Below, piece after piece: positions 1 to 9,320 of a stretch of DNA of 64,000 nt. A program made the position numbers and the translations under genes. A model generated the notes under the pieces. That model was not told the DNA's origin, made no database searches, and saw only the letters and a program-made list of their open reading frames with translations. The DNA comes from Minisyncoccia bacterium (lineage in GTDB: Bacteria > Patescibacteriota > Minisyncoccia > Phycocordibacterales > UBA9973), in NCBI GenBank assembly GCA_044229265.1, contig JBGATK010000001.1:35776-99775 (forward strand), written 5' to 3'. The number at the start of each line of letters is the position of its first letter. The stretch's first letter is position 1.

Positions 1-434
1 GGAAAATTCTTTGGTCGTGGAGGGTAATTTATCAATCGAAAACTGCTAGTTTTCAACCCACCCATAGCTATGATACTGAGATCTACATTCACAGCTTCAC
101 TCATAATCTCAACCATATCAGACACAATTTTCTTGGCAGGAATAAGTAAATTTTTACCAGTCATGACTAGTTCTATGTCTACAAGTGATGACTTTTTTGG
201 TAATTCATATTCAGATGTAATATGAAAAATTTGCTTATAATCCCTTTTTTCAGGGCCATTGTATTCATAGCCACCTAAATAATCATCAAAGGTGTGAATT
301 AACCTATGTCTCATTGGTTGGGCATAGAACATTTGCCAAGACTTTCTGAATCTAGCAAATTGCTCTGCTAGTTTAGGGGGAATTGGGTATTCAAAATACC
401 CGTTTTCTAAGAAATCTTTTACGAATTGATTCAT
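1..434 (-). CDS. Partial 2-oxoglutarate/Fe(II)-dependent dioxygenase (IPNS-like), runs off the window start
   Basis: Hand translation from ATG at 434: MNQFVKDFLENGYFEY...GGYEY...DYKQIFH...SSFRLINYPPRP. The GxF start and RLxxYPP motif are typical of IPNS/DIOX-family enzymes. Not in the ORF track because it is truncated. Confidence 0.6.
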   Translation of the reverse strand, partial: MNQFVKDFLENGYFEYPIPPKLAEQFARFRKSWQMFYAQPMRHRLIHTFDDYLGGYEYNGPEKRDYKQIFHITSEYELPKKSSLVDIELVMTGKNLLIPAKKIVSDMVEIMSEAVNVDLSIIAMGGLKTSSFRLINYPPRPKNF

Positions 435-519
435 AAACAATAAATTTTTATGCCAAATTGGCAGTTAGCAATGAATTTCTAATGTTAGATTACCATTAAT
501 ACGGAAAAAGTAAAGAAAT

Positions 520-549
520 AAAAAAAGCCGGACACAATGTTGTGCCGGC
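520..549 (-). terminator. Intrinsic terminator downstream of the T9SS-tail gene
   Basis: GCCGG-ACACAA-TG-TTGTG-CCGGC stem with an A-tract on its left (U-tail on the minus strand). Confidence 0.6.
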
Positions 550-610
550 CTTCGCAAACGAAGTCCTGATCGCCTCAGTGGTAACACTGCATGCGCCTCG
601 GGAAAATTTT

Positions 611-3600
611 CTATAATTTTAATACCTTAGCTTGGTATTTCTTAACATCTGTTATAACAGATATTATGTAAACACCGCTAGGGTATTTCTCTAAACTAAC
701 TTCAAGCTTATCACCATTTTGTACTGGCAATACTCTTGTTTCAATGCCTTCTGAACTAATTATGCTGACTTTAGCATTTTGAGTTCCTTTTGGCAAATCG
801 ATAAACAATACTCCCCCTGTTGGGTTTGGATGCACTGATATCTCAAATTTCATGGCATCAATCAAGATTTGGTTTCTTTGATATTCTATTTCAACATCCT
901 CTTTAGAAGAACGTGAAGAAAGTTTCTCATCGTCTCCAGAGGAATTATTAGCACTACCATCCACGTCTCCTATCTTGATGCCAAAAAAGTCAGCATTCAT
1001 GACATCACCTGGAGGTGTGCCGTAAGTAATACTCAAAAATTCAGGGAAATTCCAAGTCATTGAACCTGAAGGAAAAACAAAACTCTGTGGCACAAAGCGC
1101 CATGAATTATTGTTTTGAAACCTTGGGTTAATTCCTAGAATCAATTTCCTAATCTCGGAAATATCAGAGGCAGTGACTGAACCGCTATGGTTCACATCAG
1201 CAGCTATCATTTGATACGGACTAAGAGTATCTTTCCCTAAAACATATCGTTGTATTTTAACGATATCTCTAGTGCTGACACCAAATAACGGATCATCATC
1301 CTTAAAAGGACTTACCTTGTGGGTCTTAGGTGCTAAAGAATCGAACTTGTAAGATCCCGAGCATATCATGCTCGTAGAGTCTAAAGTCATTTTGACATCT
1401 TCAACAATAGAGCCATTTGGCCTTTGTAGCACACCTGCAACCATCAGTGTATCCTTGAAAGCTGTTGGGCAACGTTTAAAATTGTCTTGTATATGTATTT
1501 TTGTTTTGACAAAAGTATAATTGCCATAACAGTCGAAAGCATACACAGTAATATTTCTCCATCCTAAGGAATCACAAGGATAAAGCATTTCAGTAATAAT
1601 TGTATCTTTAAAGAATGAGAACTTAATATCTTCGTTTTTACAACAATTATCGCTGAAACTCTTGATGAATTTTTCCAGAATTACTTTTGCTCCTAATCCC
1701 ATCGGTGGACAATCTTGTATGTCAGTAGCAAGACCATCTAATAATATGAGGCTAGGTGCTTTTTTGTCGCTAACCGTGATATTCATTGAACAAGTCGATG
1801 TGGTACCACAGCTATCATAAACAGTGAAAACAACTTTATGAACACCATTTGGGTATTTACCACTCGCATTAGCTCCTTTGACGAAAGAATATTTAGAATC
1901 ATTACTGATTTTTAGAATACCCCCACAATCGATTGCTGTTACTGATTCTAAGTTTACTACAACTGAATCATTGCAAGCTCCATAGTTGGCAATACTCGTG
2001 TCTTTTGGACAAAAGGTGATTACTGGTTTTGTGGAATCCATTACCTCAATGATCTGAAGATGAGTCCAATATGGACCTGTTTTCGGATTAAAGTTGCACC
2101 AGTCTATAACTTTCCAAGTTCGTAAAATGCCTTTGCATTTTCCGTTCTTACGAAAATTAAAAACTTCGTCAATGTATGACCATGCTATTTGTTTAGAACA
2201 ACCAACATGATCAAACTTTGGATATAATCCTCTGTCCGGACCATAATTAGCATGACAATCCCAAAATACTGTGTCTCGTGGCCATTTGATATTACTTTCG
2301 TCAAACTTTCGGCCATCGATTATAGTGATAGTCTGACTACAAATAGCTGTATTCCCGTTTGATGCAGTTGCCGTAAAAGTACGAACAACAGTCCCGACAT
2401 TACACATAGTTAGAAAATTTATAAAAGTATCTTTTAAAGATACTCCACAACTACTATATGCAACTGCTTTGCCATATTTTGATAAGTTTAAAATATCAAA
2501 AGTATCACAAGCTACGGTTATGTCGCGAGGGCAAGTTATTCTCGGAATACTTTTGTCTTGAAGAGTTATTGTAGAAAAACATTGAGCGATTTGATTTGTG
2601 TCGCACTTACTTCTTGCTTGTAAACAGACTTGAATAGTTTTACCAACATCATTACAACATAATTCCACATACTTACCTTCTTTACCTGTATCGAGTCTTT
2701 TAACGGTAAGAGTATAACCACAGCAAAGACTAACCATATCAATGAAAAAACTTTCAGCATAAACTCTAGAACAACTGTCTGAATTTAAGCTTGTATTTAT
2801 AGCTTTTTCACAAACGATATTAAAGGAGTTGTCTTCCTTTACATTTACCCAATACGAAGAAATCGTTTGATTACCACATCCATCTGTAATGGTGTAAATT
2901 ACCTCAAATTTTTTGATTTGAACTCTAATACCAGCAATATAGCCACCATTACCACGAATATCTCCGTAGTCTGTGTGTATAAACACACTGGCATTTTTGT
3001 CGCAATCATCAAATTGAATCGCTGGAACAAAATATTCCGCTTCGCAATCTGTATTGTTAACATAAATTGTTACATCTTTGGGCTTGTTTGCCACCAAAGG
3101 TGCGTCAAAGTCTGTGAAGATATACTTTGCTACGTATTTTTCTCCACAACTGGAGTTCCATTCATAGTAAACTATTCTCTCACATCCATTAGTTTCCTCC
3201 CAAACTTTTTTGGCAGGTCCCCATTGGCAGAAATTTCCAAGGGCCGAACAAAGAAATTCTATTTTGAAACCATAGAATTCCCAAATCGGTGGATTACATT
3301 GTTGATCAAAAGGATTACACCATCCATGTATAGGATTTGTACCATATACGAGGATATGAAATCCTTTATTTGCGTCGAAATATTTATTAAAAACAAATTC
3401 GACTAAACCAGAAGAATCTTTAGTAAACTTTACATCCACATTTACAGAATCAATTGCCTTTAGATTCCAATTTGCGTCGTAAAGTTCAGCTACGAGCCAT
3501 TTAGGTGCATTGGGTTTATTCTGGTCAGGTCTAGCCATCATGCTTTTGGTTACCCAGACATAATTAACCCAGAATCTGTTTACAACTGTGCCATGCTTGG

Positions 3601-4003
3601 TGTTACCAGTAATATTTACGGTACTATCCTTATCCTTAAACTGCATTACGCAAGTAGGCTTTGGATTAACTAAATTATTACAGCTGTTCCCAAGCTTGTC
3701 TTCAAGGAAACCTTCAGCACACAAACCATTGAATGGCAAGCCTCCTTGTAAATTCAGAGCCACACATGAAAGATTTTTAATCTCAACCATGTCTGTATCA
3801 ATCTCAGGGTAGGGTAAAGGACCCGGAAAAATCTGAAACATTTTTACTTCATCCTTGCAGGATAACGTAATTGCTGTGTCAGCATTTGGCGGACCTCCGG
3901 CCACCACGGCAGAAGCAGGCGGAGCTTCTGGCTTGTAGGTTAAGAAACAAGCACCCACGCCAAGGAGTGCCAAAAAGCCGTTTCGGAAATTTTTTAAATT
4001 CAT
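611..4003 (-). CDS. Large Cys-rich secreted protein with HYR-like repeats, a dockerin-like domain and a T9SS type A C-terminal sorting domain
   Basis: Signal peptide; repeated D..P.I.CP.D.T...C modules; GVSTRDIVKIQRYVLG...AADVNHSGSVTASDISEIRKLILG dockerin-like segment; C-terminal VHPNPT...SGVYIISV...KVLKL. Confidence 0.8.
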   Translation of the reverse strand: MNLKNFRNGFLALLGVGACFLTYKPEAPPASAVVAGGPPNADTAITLSCKDEVKMFQIFPGPLPYPEIDTDMVEIKNLSCVALNLQGGLPFNGLCAEGFLEDKLGNSCNNLVNPKPTCVMQFKDKDSTVNITGNTKHGTVVNRFWVNYVWVTKSMMARPDQNKPNAPKWLVAELYDANWNLKAIDSVNVDVKFTKDSSGLVEFVFNKYFDANKGFHILVYGTNPIHGWCNPFDQQCNPPIWEFYGFKIEFLCSALGNFCQWGPAKKVWEETNGCERIVYYEWNSSCGEKYVAKYIFTDFDAPLVANKPKDVTIYVNNTDCEAEYFVPAIQFDDCDKNASVFIHTDYGDIRGNGGYIAGIRVQIKKFEVIYTITDGCGNQTISSYWVNVKEDNSFNIVCEKAINTSLNSDSCSRVYAESFFIDMVSLCCGYTLTVKRLDTGKEGKYVELCCNDVGKTIQVCLQARSKCDTNQIAQCFSTITLQDKSIPRITCPRDITVACDTFDILNLSKYGKAVAYSSCGVSLKDTFINFLTMCNVGTVVRTFTATASNGNTAICSQTITIIDGRKFDESNIKWPRDTVFWDCHANYGPDRGLYPKFDHVGCSKQIAWSYIDEVFNFRKNGKCKGILRTWKVIDWCNFNPKTGPYWTHLQIIEVMDSTKPVITFCPKDTSIANYGACNDSVVVNLESVTAIDCGGILKISNDSKYSFVKGANASGKYPNGVHKVVFTVYDSCGTTSTCSMNITVSDKKAPSLILLDGLATDIQDCPPMGLGAKVILEKFIKSFSDNCCKNEDIKFSFFKDTIITEMLYPCDSLGWRNITVYAFDCYGNYTFVKTKIHIQDNFKRCPTAFKDTLMVAGVLQRPNGSIVEDVKMTLDSTSMICSGSYKFDSLAPKTHKVSPFKDDDPLFGVSTRDIVKIQRYVLGKDTLSPYQMIAADVNHSGSVTASDISEIRKLILGINPRFQNNNSWRFVPQSFVFPSGSMTWNFPEFLSITYGTPPGDVMNADFFGIKIGDVDGSANNSSGDDEKLSSRSSKEDVEIEYQRNQILIDAMKFEISVHPNPTGGVLFIDLPKGTQNAKVSIISSEGIETRVLPVQNGDKLEVSLEKYPSGVYIISVITDVKKYQAKVLKL

Positions 4004-4114
4004 AAGATTATGATTTTTAAAAGTTAAAAAATATTTTTCAAAAAAACGAATATGTTCAGGGCTGATATTAAAACATATTTGCCAAAAAGTAAAGGGCTCG
4101 TATTCTAATAACTA

Positions 4115-4154
4115 ATACAAAAAATACACAGGCAAGACCTGTGTATTTTTGTAT
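4115..4154. terminator. Bidirectional-type intrinsic terminator after rplK
   Basis: ATACAAAAAATACACAGG-caaga-CCTGTGTATTTTTGTAT inverted repeat. Confidence 0.75.
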
Positions 4155-4166
4155 GTTTTTATATTA

Positions 4167-4592
4167 TTAGTCTTTTACTTCTATTCCCATACTGCGAGCA
4201 GAGCCAGCTATGATATTTATGAGTCCCTCATCGTCTTTAGCATTTAGATCCACTGCCTTTTTCTTACCAATTTCTAGAGCTTGAGCGCGAGTAATTTTGC
4301 CTACTTTCGAAACTGCATTTTTACCAGAACCTTTTTCTATGCCTGCTGCTTTTAGGATAAGTCCTGAAGCTGGTGAAGTTTTGATATCAAAATCATAAGT
4401 TCTGTCTTCGTATACACGAACTTTTACACCCACCATCTCACCCATCATAGTTTGAGTAGCAGCATTAAACTTAGTAACAAAGTCGCCGATATTAATACCA
4501 GCCTGACCAAGTGCAGGACCAAGTGGTGGAGCTGGAGTTGCCCGGCCACCCATAATTTGAAGTTTTATTTTTTTAGTTATATTCTTTGCCAT
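4167..4592 (-). CDS. rplK: 50S ribosomal protein L11
   Basis: GRATPAPPLGPALGQAGINI, IAGSARSMGIEV; secE-nusG-rplK synteny. Confidence 0.98.
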   Translation of the reverse strand: MAKNITKKIKLQIMGGRATPAPPLGPALGQAGINIGDFVTKFNAATQTMMGEMVGVKVRVYEDRTYDFDIKTSPASGLILKAAGIEKGSGKNAVSKVGKITRAQALEIGKKKAVDLNAKDDEGLINIIAGSARSMGIEVKD

Positions 4593-4640
4593 GATTTTTA
4601 CTCTACTATAAATTTAATTAAATTGCAAAATTTTCTTAAC

Positions 4641-4680
4641 CCCCGACGCATTAAGTCGGGGAGCCGACTTTACGTCGGCT
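4641..4680. repeat. Two adjacent GC-rich hairpins (CCGAC...GTCGG family)
   Basis: CCCCGAC-gcattaa-GTCGGGG followed by AGCCGAC-tttac-GTCGGCT; the same stem recurs at 40279-40297. Confidence 0.65.
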
Positions 4681-4687
4681 TTGCTAA

Positions 4688-5233
4688 CTAGATTTTCTTC
4701 ACCTGAAGAAAATCTAGCTCGACTGGAGTTTCGCGACCGAACATGGAAACCAAAACCTTTACTTTACCGCGTTCATTATCTACAGCGCCTACTTTACCTT
4801 CGAGGTCTTTAAACGGACCATCAGCAATGCGCACTGTTTCATCTACGGCTAGATCAATATTGTGTTTTGGTGTACCGCCATCCATTTTCTTGAACAAATA
4901 ATCCACTTCTTCCTTCTTGAGTGGTACTGGATTTACCCCTGCACCTACGAAACCTGTAACACGTGGAGTATTGCGCACGATATACCAAGAATCATCATCC
5001 ACTATCATATCTACCAATACATAACCCGGATAAACCTTTTCTTCTACTTCTACTCTTTTCCCAGCTTTGATTTTTATTTTCTTTTCTACAGGAACAATAA
5101 CATTGAAAATCTTTTCTTGCATACCCAAGGATTCGATGCGTTGTTTTAAATTACGCAAGACAACATTTTCATACCCTGCATAAGTATGAATTGCGTACCA
5201 ATTTCTAGATCCATGTGTTTCTTGTTTTGACAT
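4688..5233 (-). CDS. nusG: Transcription termination/antitermination factor NusG
   Basis: WYAIHTYAGYE, YPGYVLV, TPRVTGFVG, KOW domain, FGRETPVEL. Confidence 0.98.
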   Translation of the reverse strand: MSKQETHGSRNWYAIHTYAGYENVVLRNLKQRIESLGMQEKIFNVIVPVEKKIKIKAGKRVEVEEKVYPGYVLVDMIVDDDSWYIVRNTPRVTGFVGAGVNPVPLKKEEVDYLFKKMDGGTPKHNIDLAVDETVRIADGPFKDLEGKVGAVDNERGKVKVLVSMFGRETPVELDFLQVKKI

Positions 5234-5250
5234 AAAAATTTAAAATAATT

Positions 5251-5436
5251 TTATAAAGTAATTGCTAGGCCAAGTAAGTATGAGAACAAAACATCAAAAG
5301 CACCTAAAAAGTAAGCAACTAAAATAGAAAAAAGAATAACCACTAAAGTATACAAAAAAGTATGCCTACGAGAAGGCCAAACTATATTTTTTGCTTCAGC
5401 TTTTGTTTGTTTTAAATAATCGATAATTTTTGACAT
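5251..5436 (-). CDS. secE: Preprotein translocase subunit SecE
   Basis: E.K.IVWPSR motif plus one transmembrane helix, upstream of nusG. Confidence 0.95.
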   Translation of the reverse strand: MSKIIDYLKQTKAEAKNIVWPSRRHTFLYTLVVILFSILVAYFLGAFDVLFSYLLGLAITL

Positions 5437-5515
5437 TTTTTGAAAATTTATTTTATTAAAAAAGCCCTTTTCGGGGCTCTTTTAATATTACTCTAGTTTT
5501 TATCGAGAGTCAAGT

Positions 5516-5558
5516 TTTTCAGGTGTTGGACACCTTTGAGGTGTCCAACACCTGAAAA
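5516..5558. repeat. REP doublet-like perfect inverted repeat
   Basis: TTTTCAGGTGTTGGACACCT-ttg-AGGTGTCCAACACCTGAAAA; each arm contains its own palindrome AGGTGT-N3-ACACCT. Confidence 0.75.
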
Positions 5559-6341
5559 TTAACGAATAGAATAAGTAATGCTAACTGATGAACTTATAGT
5601 ATTTTCACCTGGTGGGAGTTCTGCTCTACCAGAAGACTCATTTGCTGAATCTAGACTAGCACTTGTTTTAGCATACTGAATAAAAGGATAACCATCAGAA
5701 TTTTCAGAAAAAGAAGTAATTCTGCCTAGGCGAACACCTAAATCTTTAGCTAAAACTTTTGCTTTTGCCCTAGCATCTTCGATAGCCTTTTTACGAGCCT
5801 CAGCTTTTAAGCCTTCTTCATCATCTATGGCGAAATTTGGACCGTATAAATTACTAACACCAGTTTTTCCTAATTCTTCAATAATAGCACCAGTAGTATC
5901 TAATTTACGAACCTTTACAGAAATAGTTTCGTAAGCTTCGTAGCCAATAATTTTTGGCGACTTTTGAGGACAAGGATAAGTAATACAATATATAGCTGTA
6001 TTATCGTATTTTGGATTAAAAGACGCAGATTCTGTTTTAATATCTTTATCCTCCACTCCAGCAGCACGTAACGCTACGAGGGCTTTGCCCTCTACTTCCG
6101 CCACAGCAGTTTGAGCTTCAGCTACTGTTTTACCTTCTTTGGTAATAGTAAAACTAATATTTGCTATATCTGATTTACCTTGAACTTCGCCTACACCTGT
6201 TACTGTAATTATATTTTTTTCTCCACCATACATACCCGCGAAATCATGCATTTTCCCCATAGGAGAAAATCTTACGAGAACAATGAGAGCCACTAATACT
6301 ACACCGACTTTAAATATAAAAGTTTTATTTTCTTGAAACAT
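5559..6341 (-). CDS. SIMPL/DUF541 (YggE-like) exported protein
   Basis: ITVTGVGEV...D.A, ARKKAIEDARAKAKVLAKDLGVRLG, PGE..I...V. Confidence 0.9.
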   Translation of the reverse strand: MFQENKTFIFKVGVVLVALIVLVRFSPMGKMHDFAGMYGGEKNIITVTGVGEVQGKSDIANISFTITKEGKTVAEAQTAVAEVEGKALVALRAAGVEDKDIKTESASFNPKYDNTAIYCITYPCPQKSPKIIGYEAYETISVKVRKLDTTGAIIEELGKTGVSNLYGPNFAIDDEEGLKAEARKKAIEDARAKAKVLAKDLGVRLGRITSFSENSDGYPFIQYAKTSASLDSANESSGRAELPPGENTISSSVSITYSIR

Positions 6342-6351
6342 AAATTAATTC

Positions 6352-6891
6352 TTATTGTTTAGGATTAATAGCAACTAATTCTACTTCAAAAATCAAAGTA
6401 GAATTAGCAGGAATAGAACCAATAGCACGATTACCATAACCTTTCTCAGGAGAAATAGTAAGAGTTTTCTTTTCACCTACTTTCATACCTACGAGACCTT
6501 CATCCCAACCTTGTATTACTTGACCTGCACCCAAGGTAAATACAAATGGCTCTACATGAGAAAACTTTGGATCCACATTGGAATCAAAGACTACTCCATT
6601 TTGCAGACGACCAGTATAATTCATGACTAACACATCCCCGGGTTTTGAAACTACTCCAGTATTTGTACTTGTATTTGCACTAGTATTTGTATTTGCACTA
6701 ACTTCATCCTCGGACTTACCTTCTAACTCATTGTTTGTTGTATTTTGCACGTTTGTTTCTATTGTATTATCTTCTAAAATGTCAGTATTTGAATTTGATC
6801 TGGTACTAAGATAAATTCCAATACCAACTACGACTATAACTATAATTATATATACCCAATTTGCACCGTTTTTTGGTTGATTGTTTTCCAT
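6352..6891 (-). CDS. Membrane-anchored FKBP-type peptidyl-prolyl isomerase
   Basis: N-terminal TM; YTGRL.NG.VFDS, LGAGQVIQGWDEGLVGMKVGEK, IPANSTLIFEVEL. Confidence 0.95.
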   Translation of the reverse strand: MENNQPKNGANWVYIIIVIVVVGIGIYLSTRSNSNTDILEDNTIETNVQNTTNNELEGKSEDEVSANTNTSANTSTNTGVVSKPGDVLVMNYTGRLQNGVVFDSNVDPKFSHVEPFVFTLGAGQVIQGWDEGLVGMKVGEKKTLTISPEKGYGNRAIGSIPANSTLIFEVELVAINPKQ

Positions 6892-6899
6892 AAATTTTC

Positions 6900-6929
6900 C
6901 TTGTCCTCTATAGCTTTAGCGAAAGAGGA
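6900..6929 (-). repeat. Family-A hairpin element (GRCAAG tail)
   Basis: Minus strand TCCTCTTTCGCTAAAGCTATAGAGGACAAG. Confidence 0.75.
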
Positions 6930-6996
6930 AAAAATTAGCCCTTCGGATACCTAAGGGTGAACTATTAATAATCTTATTCTAAACTAAAAGCCACAT

Positions 6997-8055
6997 TTAC
7001 ACAAAATTGACTTCTGGGGTAATAGTGATGCCGAATTTTTTATGGACAGCAGAGATGATTTTTTCAGCGAGGTTTAAAATATCCTGCCCAGTAGCTTCGC
7101 CATGATTCACTAATACTAAAGCTTGCTTATCATGAACTCCTGCAAAACCAAAAATTTGCCCCTTGAAACCACACTCCTCTATTAGCCACGCTGTGGGGAT
7201 TTTGTATTGTATTTTTTCCCCCTCTCCTTCCAGGAGAGGGGCTAGAGGTGAGGTAATGTCTTCTTTATAATGTGGCATTTGCGGATAAGTTTTCAAAAGT
7301 TCCAAAACTTTTTCTTGTGGCACTATAGTATTTTTAAAAAAGCTCCCGGCATTACCTAGAACCCTCCAATCTGGGAGCTTGCTTCTTCGAACAGCCTCTA
7401 CTGCATTTGCTACATCTTTTGATGTTTTTACTTCTAAATTATTTTGTATTAAATATTCTTTTAAAGCTTTATATTCAATATTTACTCTCGGCACTTTAGA
7501 TAATTTTAAAATTATCGCTGAAATAAAGTACTTGTCTTTAGCTTCTTTTTTAAAAATGCTATCTCTATATCCAAAAGAGCATTCATTGTTTTTAAAAACT
7601 TTTTTCTCTCCTGTAGATAATTCATAAGCTTCAATTTCATACAAAGTATCGCAAAGCTCTATGCCATAAGCACCAATATTTTGTATAGGCGCAGCCCCTA
7701 CAGTGCCGGGCACAAAAGCGAGATTTTCTATACCCCAAAAATTATGCTCCACAGAAAACAAAACTAAATCATGCCAAACTTCACCCCCCATGGCTCTTAA
7801 TAATACGAATTCTGGTTTTTCTTCAATAATTTCTATGCCTTTTAATTCATTTTTAATAACAATACCTTCGTAATCTTTGGTAAATAAAACATTACTACCG
7901 CCACCTAAAAACATATATTTATTTTCTTTAAAAATACTATTATGTAAAAGCTCTATTAAATCCTGTTCCGATTTTAAAAAAGTAAAAAATTTAGCAAATA
8001 CAGATATGCCAAAAGTATTGTGTTCTTTTAAATTAAAATTTTCTTTTAGTTCCAT
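6997..8055 (-). CDS. murB: UDP-N-acetylenolpyruvoylglucosamine reductase
   Basis: HNTFG, LGGGSNVL, PGTVGAAPIQNIGAYG, FGYRDSIFK, GNAGSFFKN; carries an in-frame palindromic insert. Confidence 0.96.
   Translation of the reverse strand: MELKENFNLKEHNTFGISVFAKFFTFLKSEQDLIELLHNSIFKENKYMFLGGGSNVLFTKDYEGIVIKNELKGIEIIEEKPEFVLLRAMGGEVWHDLVLFSVEHNFWGIENLAFVPGTVGAAPIQNIGAYGIELCDTLYEIEAYELSTGEKKVFKNNECSFGYRDSIFKKEAKDKYFISAIILKLSKVPRVNIEYKALKEYLIQNNLEVKTSKDVANAVEAVRRSKLPDWRVLGNAGSFFKNTIVPQEKVLELLKTYPQMPHYKEDITSPLAPLLEGEGEKIQYKIPTAWLIEECGFKGQIFGFAGVHDKQALVLVNHGEATGQDILNLAEKIISAVHKKFGITITPEVNFV
7218..7253. repeat. Palindromic element inserted in frame in murB
   Basis: CCCCTCTCCT-tcc-AGGAGAGGGG followed by ctagaGGTGAGG; encodes TSPLAPLLEGEG. 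Confidence 0.75.
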
Positions 8056-9320
8056 GCCAAAAATATAATAGCTGTTATACCTATAACTGCCATTAAAATA
8101 AATATTATATAACCTATGATATTTGTAAAAATATTATTTTTGAATTTACCCATAGTATCCATACCAGCAATTCTAACTATAAAATATAATACTATAGGTG
8201 CGATTATGCCATTTAATATTGCAGAATAAAGAAGCATTTTTATAGGGCTAATACCTACAAAATTAATTCCTACACCAAGCAGTATTGCAAAAGCAAGAGT
8301 AATATAAAAAGAAAGTGCATCTTTAAAATTACGATAAAGTCCATGCCTCCATTCTAACGCTTCTGATATAGCATACGATGCCCCACCAGCAAGGACTGGT
8401 ATAGAAAGTAGTCCAGTTCCTAAAATACCTATGGTAAAAAGCAAAAAAGCATATTCACCAGCAAAAGGTCGCAGAGCTTCTGCACCTTGGCTAGCTGTCT
8501 CAATACTAAAAATTCCATTTTTATATAAAGTAGCACCAGCCACTAAAATAATAAAAAACATAACTGTATTTGAAGCAAGCATGCCAAACCAAGTATCTAT
8601 ACGCATATCAGATATGTCATGTTTACTAGTTTTACTTTCAATTTCTTCTGGAGTTGTCTCACCCTCGGAAATTTTTTCTTCGACTTCTTGATCTGTCTGC
8701 CAAAAAAATAAATATGGTGATATTGTAGTTCCAAAAGCAGCACAAATAAGTAATACTGTTTCTTTGTTGAAATAAATTTTTGGATGAAAAATACTATACC
8801 CAACCTCTTTCCAAGAAATATCAATAAAAAAAGCAGTTAAAATATAGGCTATCAAAATGAAAGCTAAATATTTTAAATATTTTGAATATTTTTTATATGG
8901 TATAAAAACTTGCAATACTAAAGAGAAGAAAGCAAAGAAAAAAATTAAAAAAACAAAATTTAATTTTGGAAAAATAAGCTGACTAACTTCAGCCATAGCA
9001 CCTAAATTTGCCCCTATATTAAAAACATTGGCAATAAACAAAAACAAGGTTACAAAAAACAAAACTTTCGCTGAATAATGTTTTTTTATATTTGTTGCGA
9101 GCCCCCTGCCAGTCGCAAGGCCTATGCGTGCACACATTTCTTGAACTACAGACATAAACGGATACAAAAATGGAGCAAGCCAAAGCATATTGAAACCATA
9201 TTTAGCACCCATTTGAGTATAAGTAGCTATACCAGAAGGATCATCGTCAGCTGCACCAGTAGTTAAGCCTGGGCCAATAATACTAGTTATATGCTTAAAT
9301 TTGCGTAAGATTTTTTTCAT
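8046..9320 (-). CDS. NRAMP-family divalent metal transporter
   Basis: GPGLTTGAADDDPSGIATY, QEMCARIG, GTTISPYLFFWQ; about 11 TM segments. Confidence 0.92.
   Translation of the reverse strand: MKKILRKFKHITSIIGPGLTTGAADDDPSGIATYTQMGAKYGFNMLWLAPFLYPFMSVVQEMCARIGLATGRGLATNIKKHYSAKVLFFVTLFLFIANVFNIGANLGAMAEVSQLIFPKLNFVFLIFFFAFFSLVLQVFIPYKKYSKYLKYLAFILIAYILTAFFIDISWKEVGYSIFHPKIYFNKETVLLICAAFGTTISPYLFFWQTDQEVEEKISEGETTPEEIESKTSKHDISDMRIDTWFGMLASNTVMFFIILVAGATLYKNGIFSIETASQGAEALRPFAGEYAFLLFTIGILGTGLLSIPVLAGGASYAISEALEWRHGLYRNFKDALSFYITLAFAILLGVGINFVGISPIKMLLYSAILNGIIAPIVLYFIVRIAGMDTMGKFKNNIFTNIIGYIIFILMAVIGITAIIFLAWN

Noticed and set aside
6660-6702. Short tandem repeat in the FKBP linker (NTNTSA)
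   Set aside because: Ordinary low-complexity linker with only two to three degenerate units.
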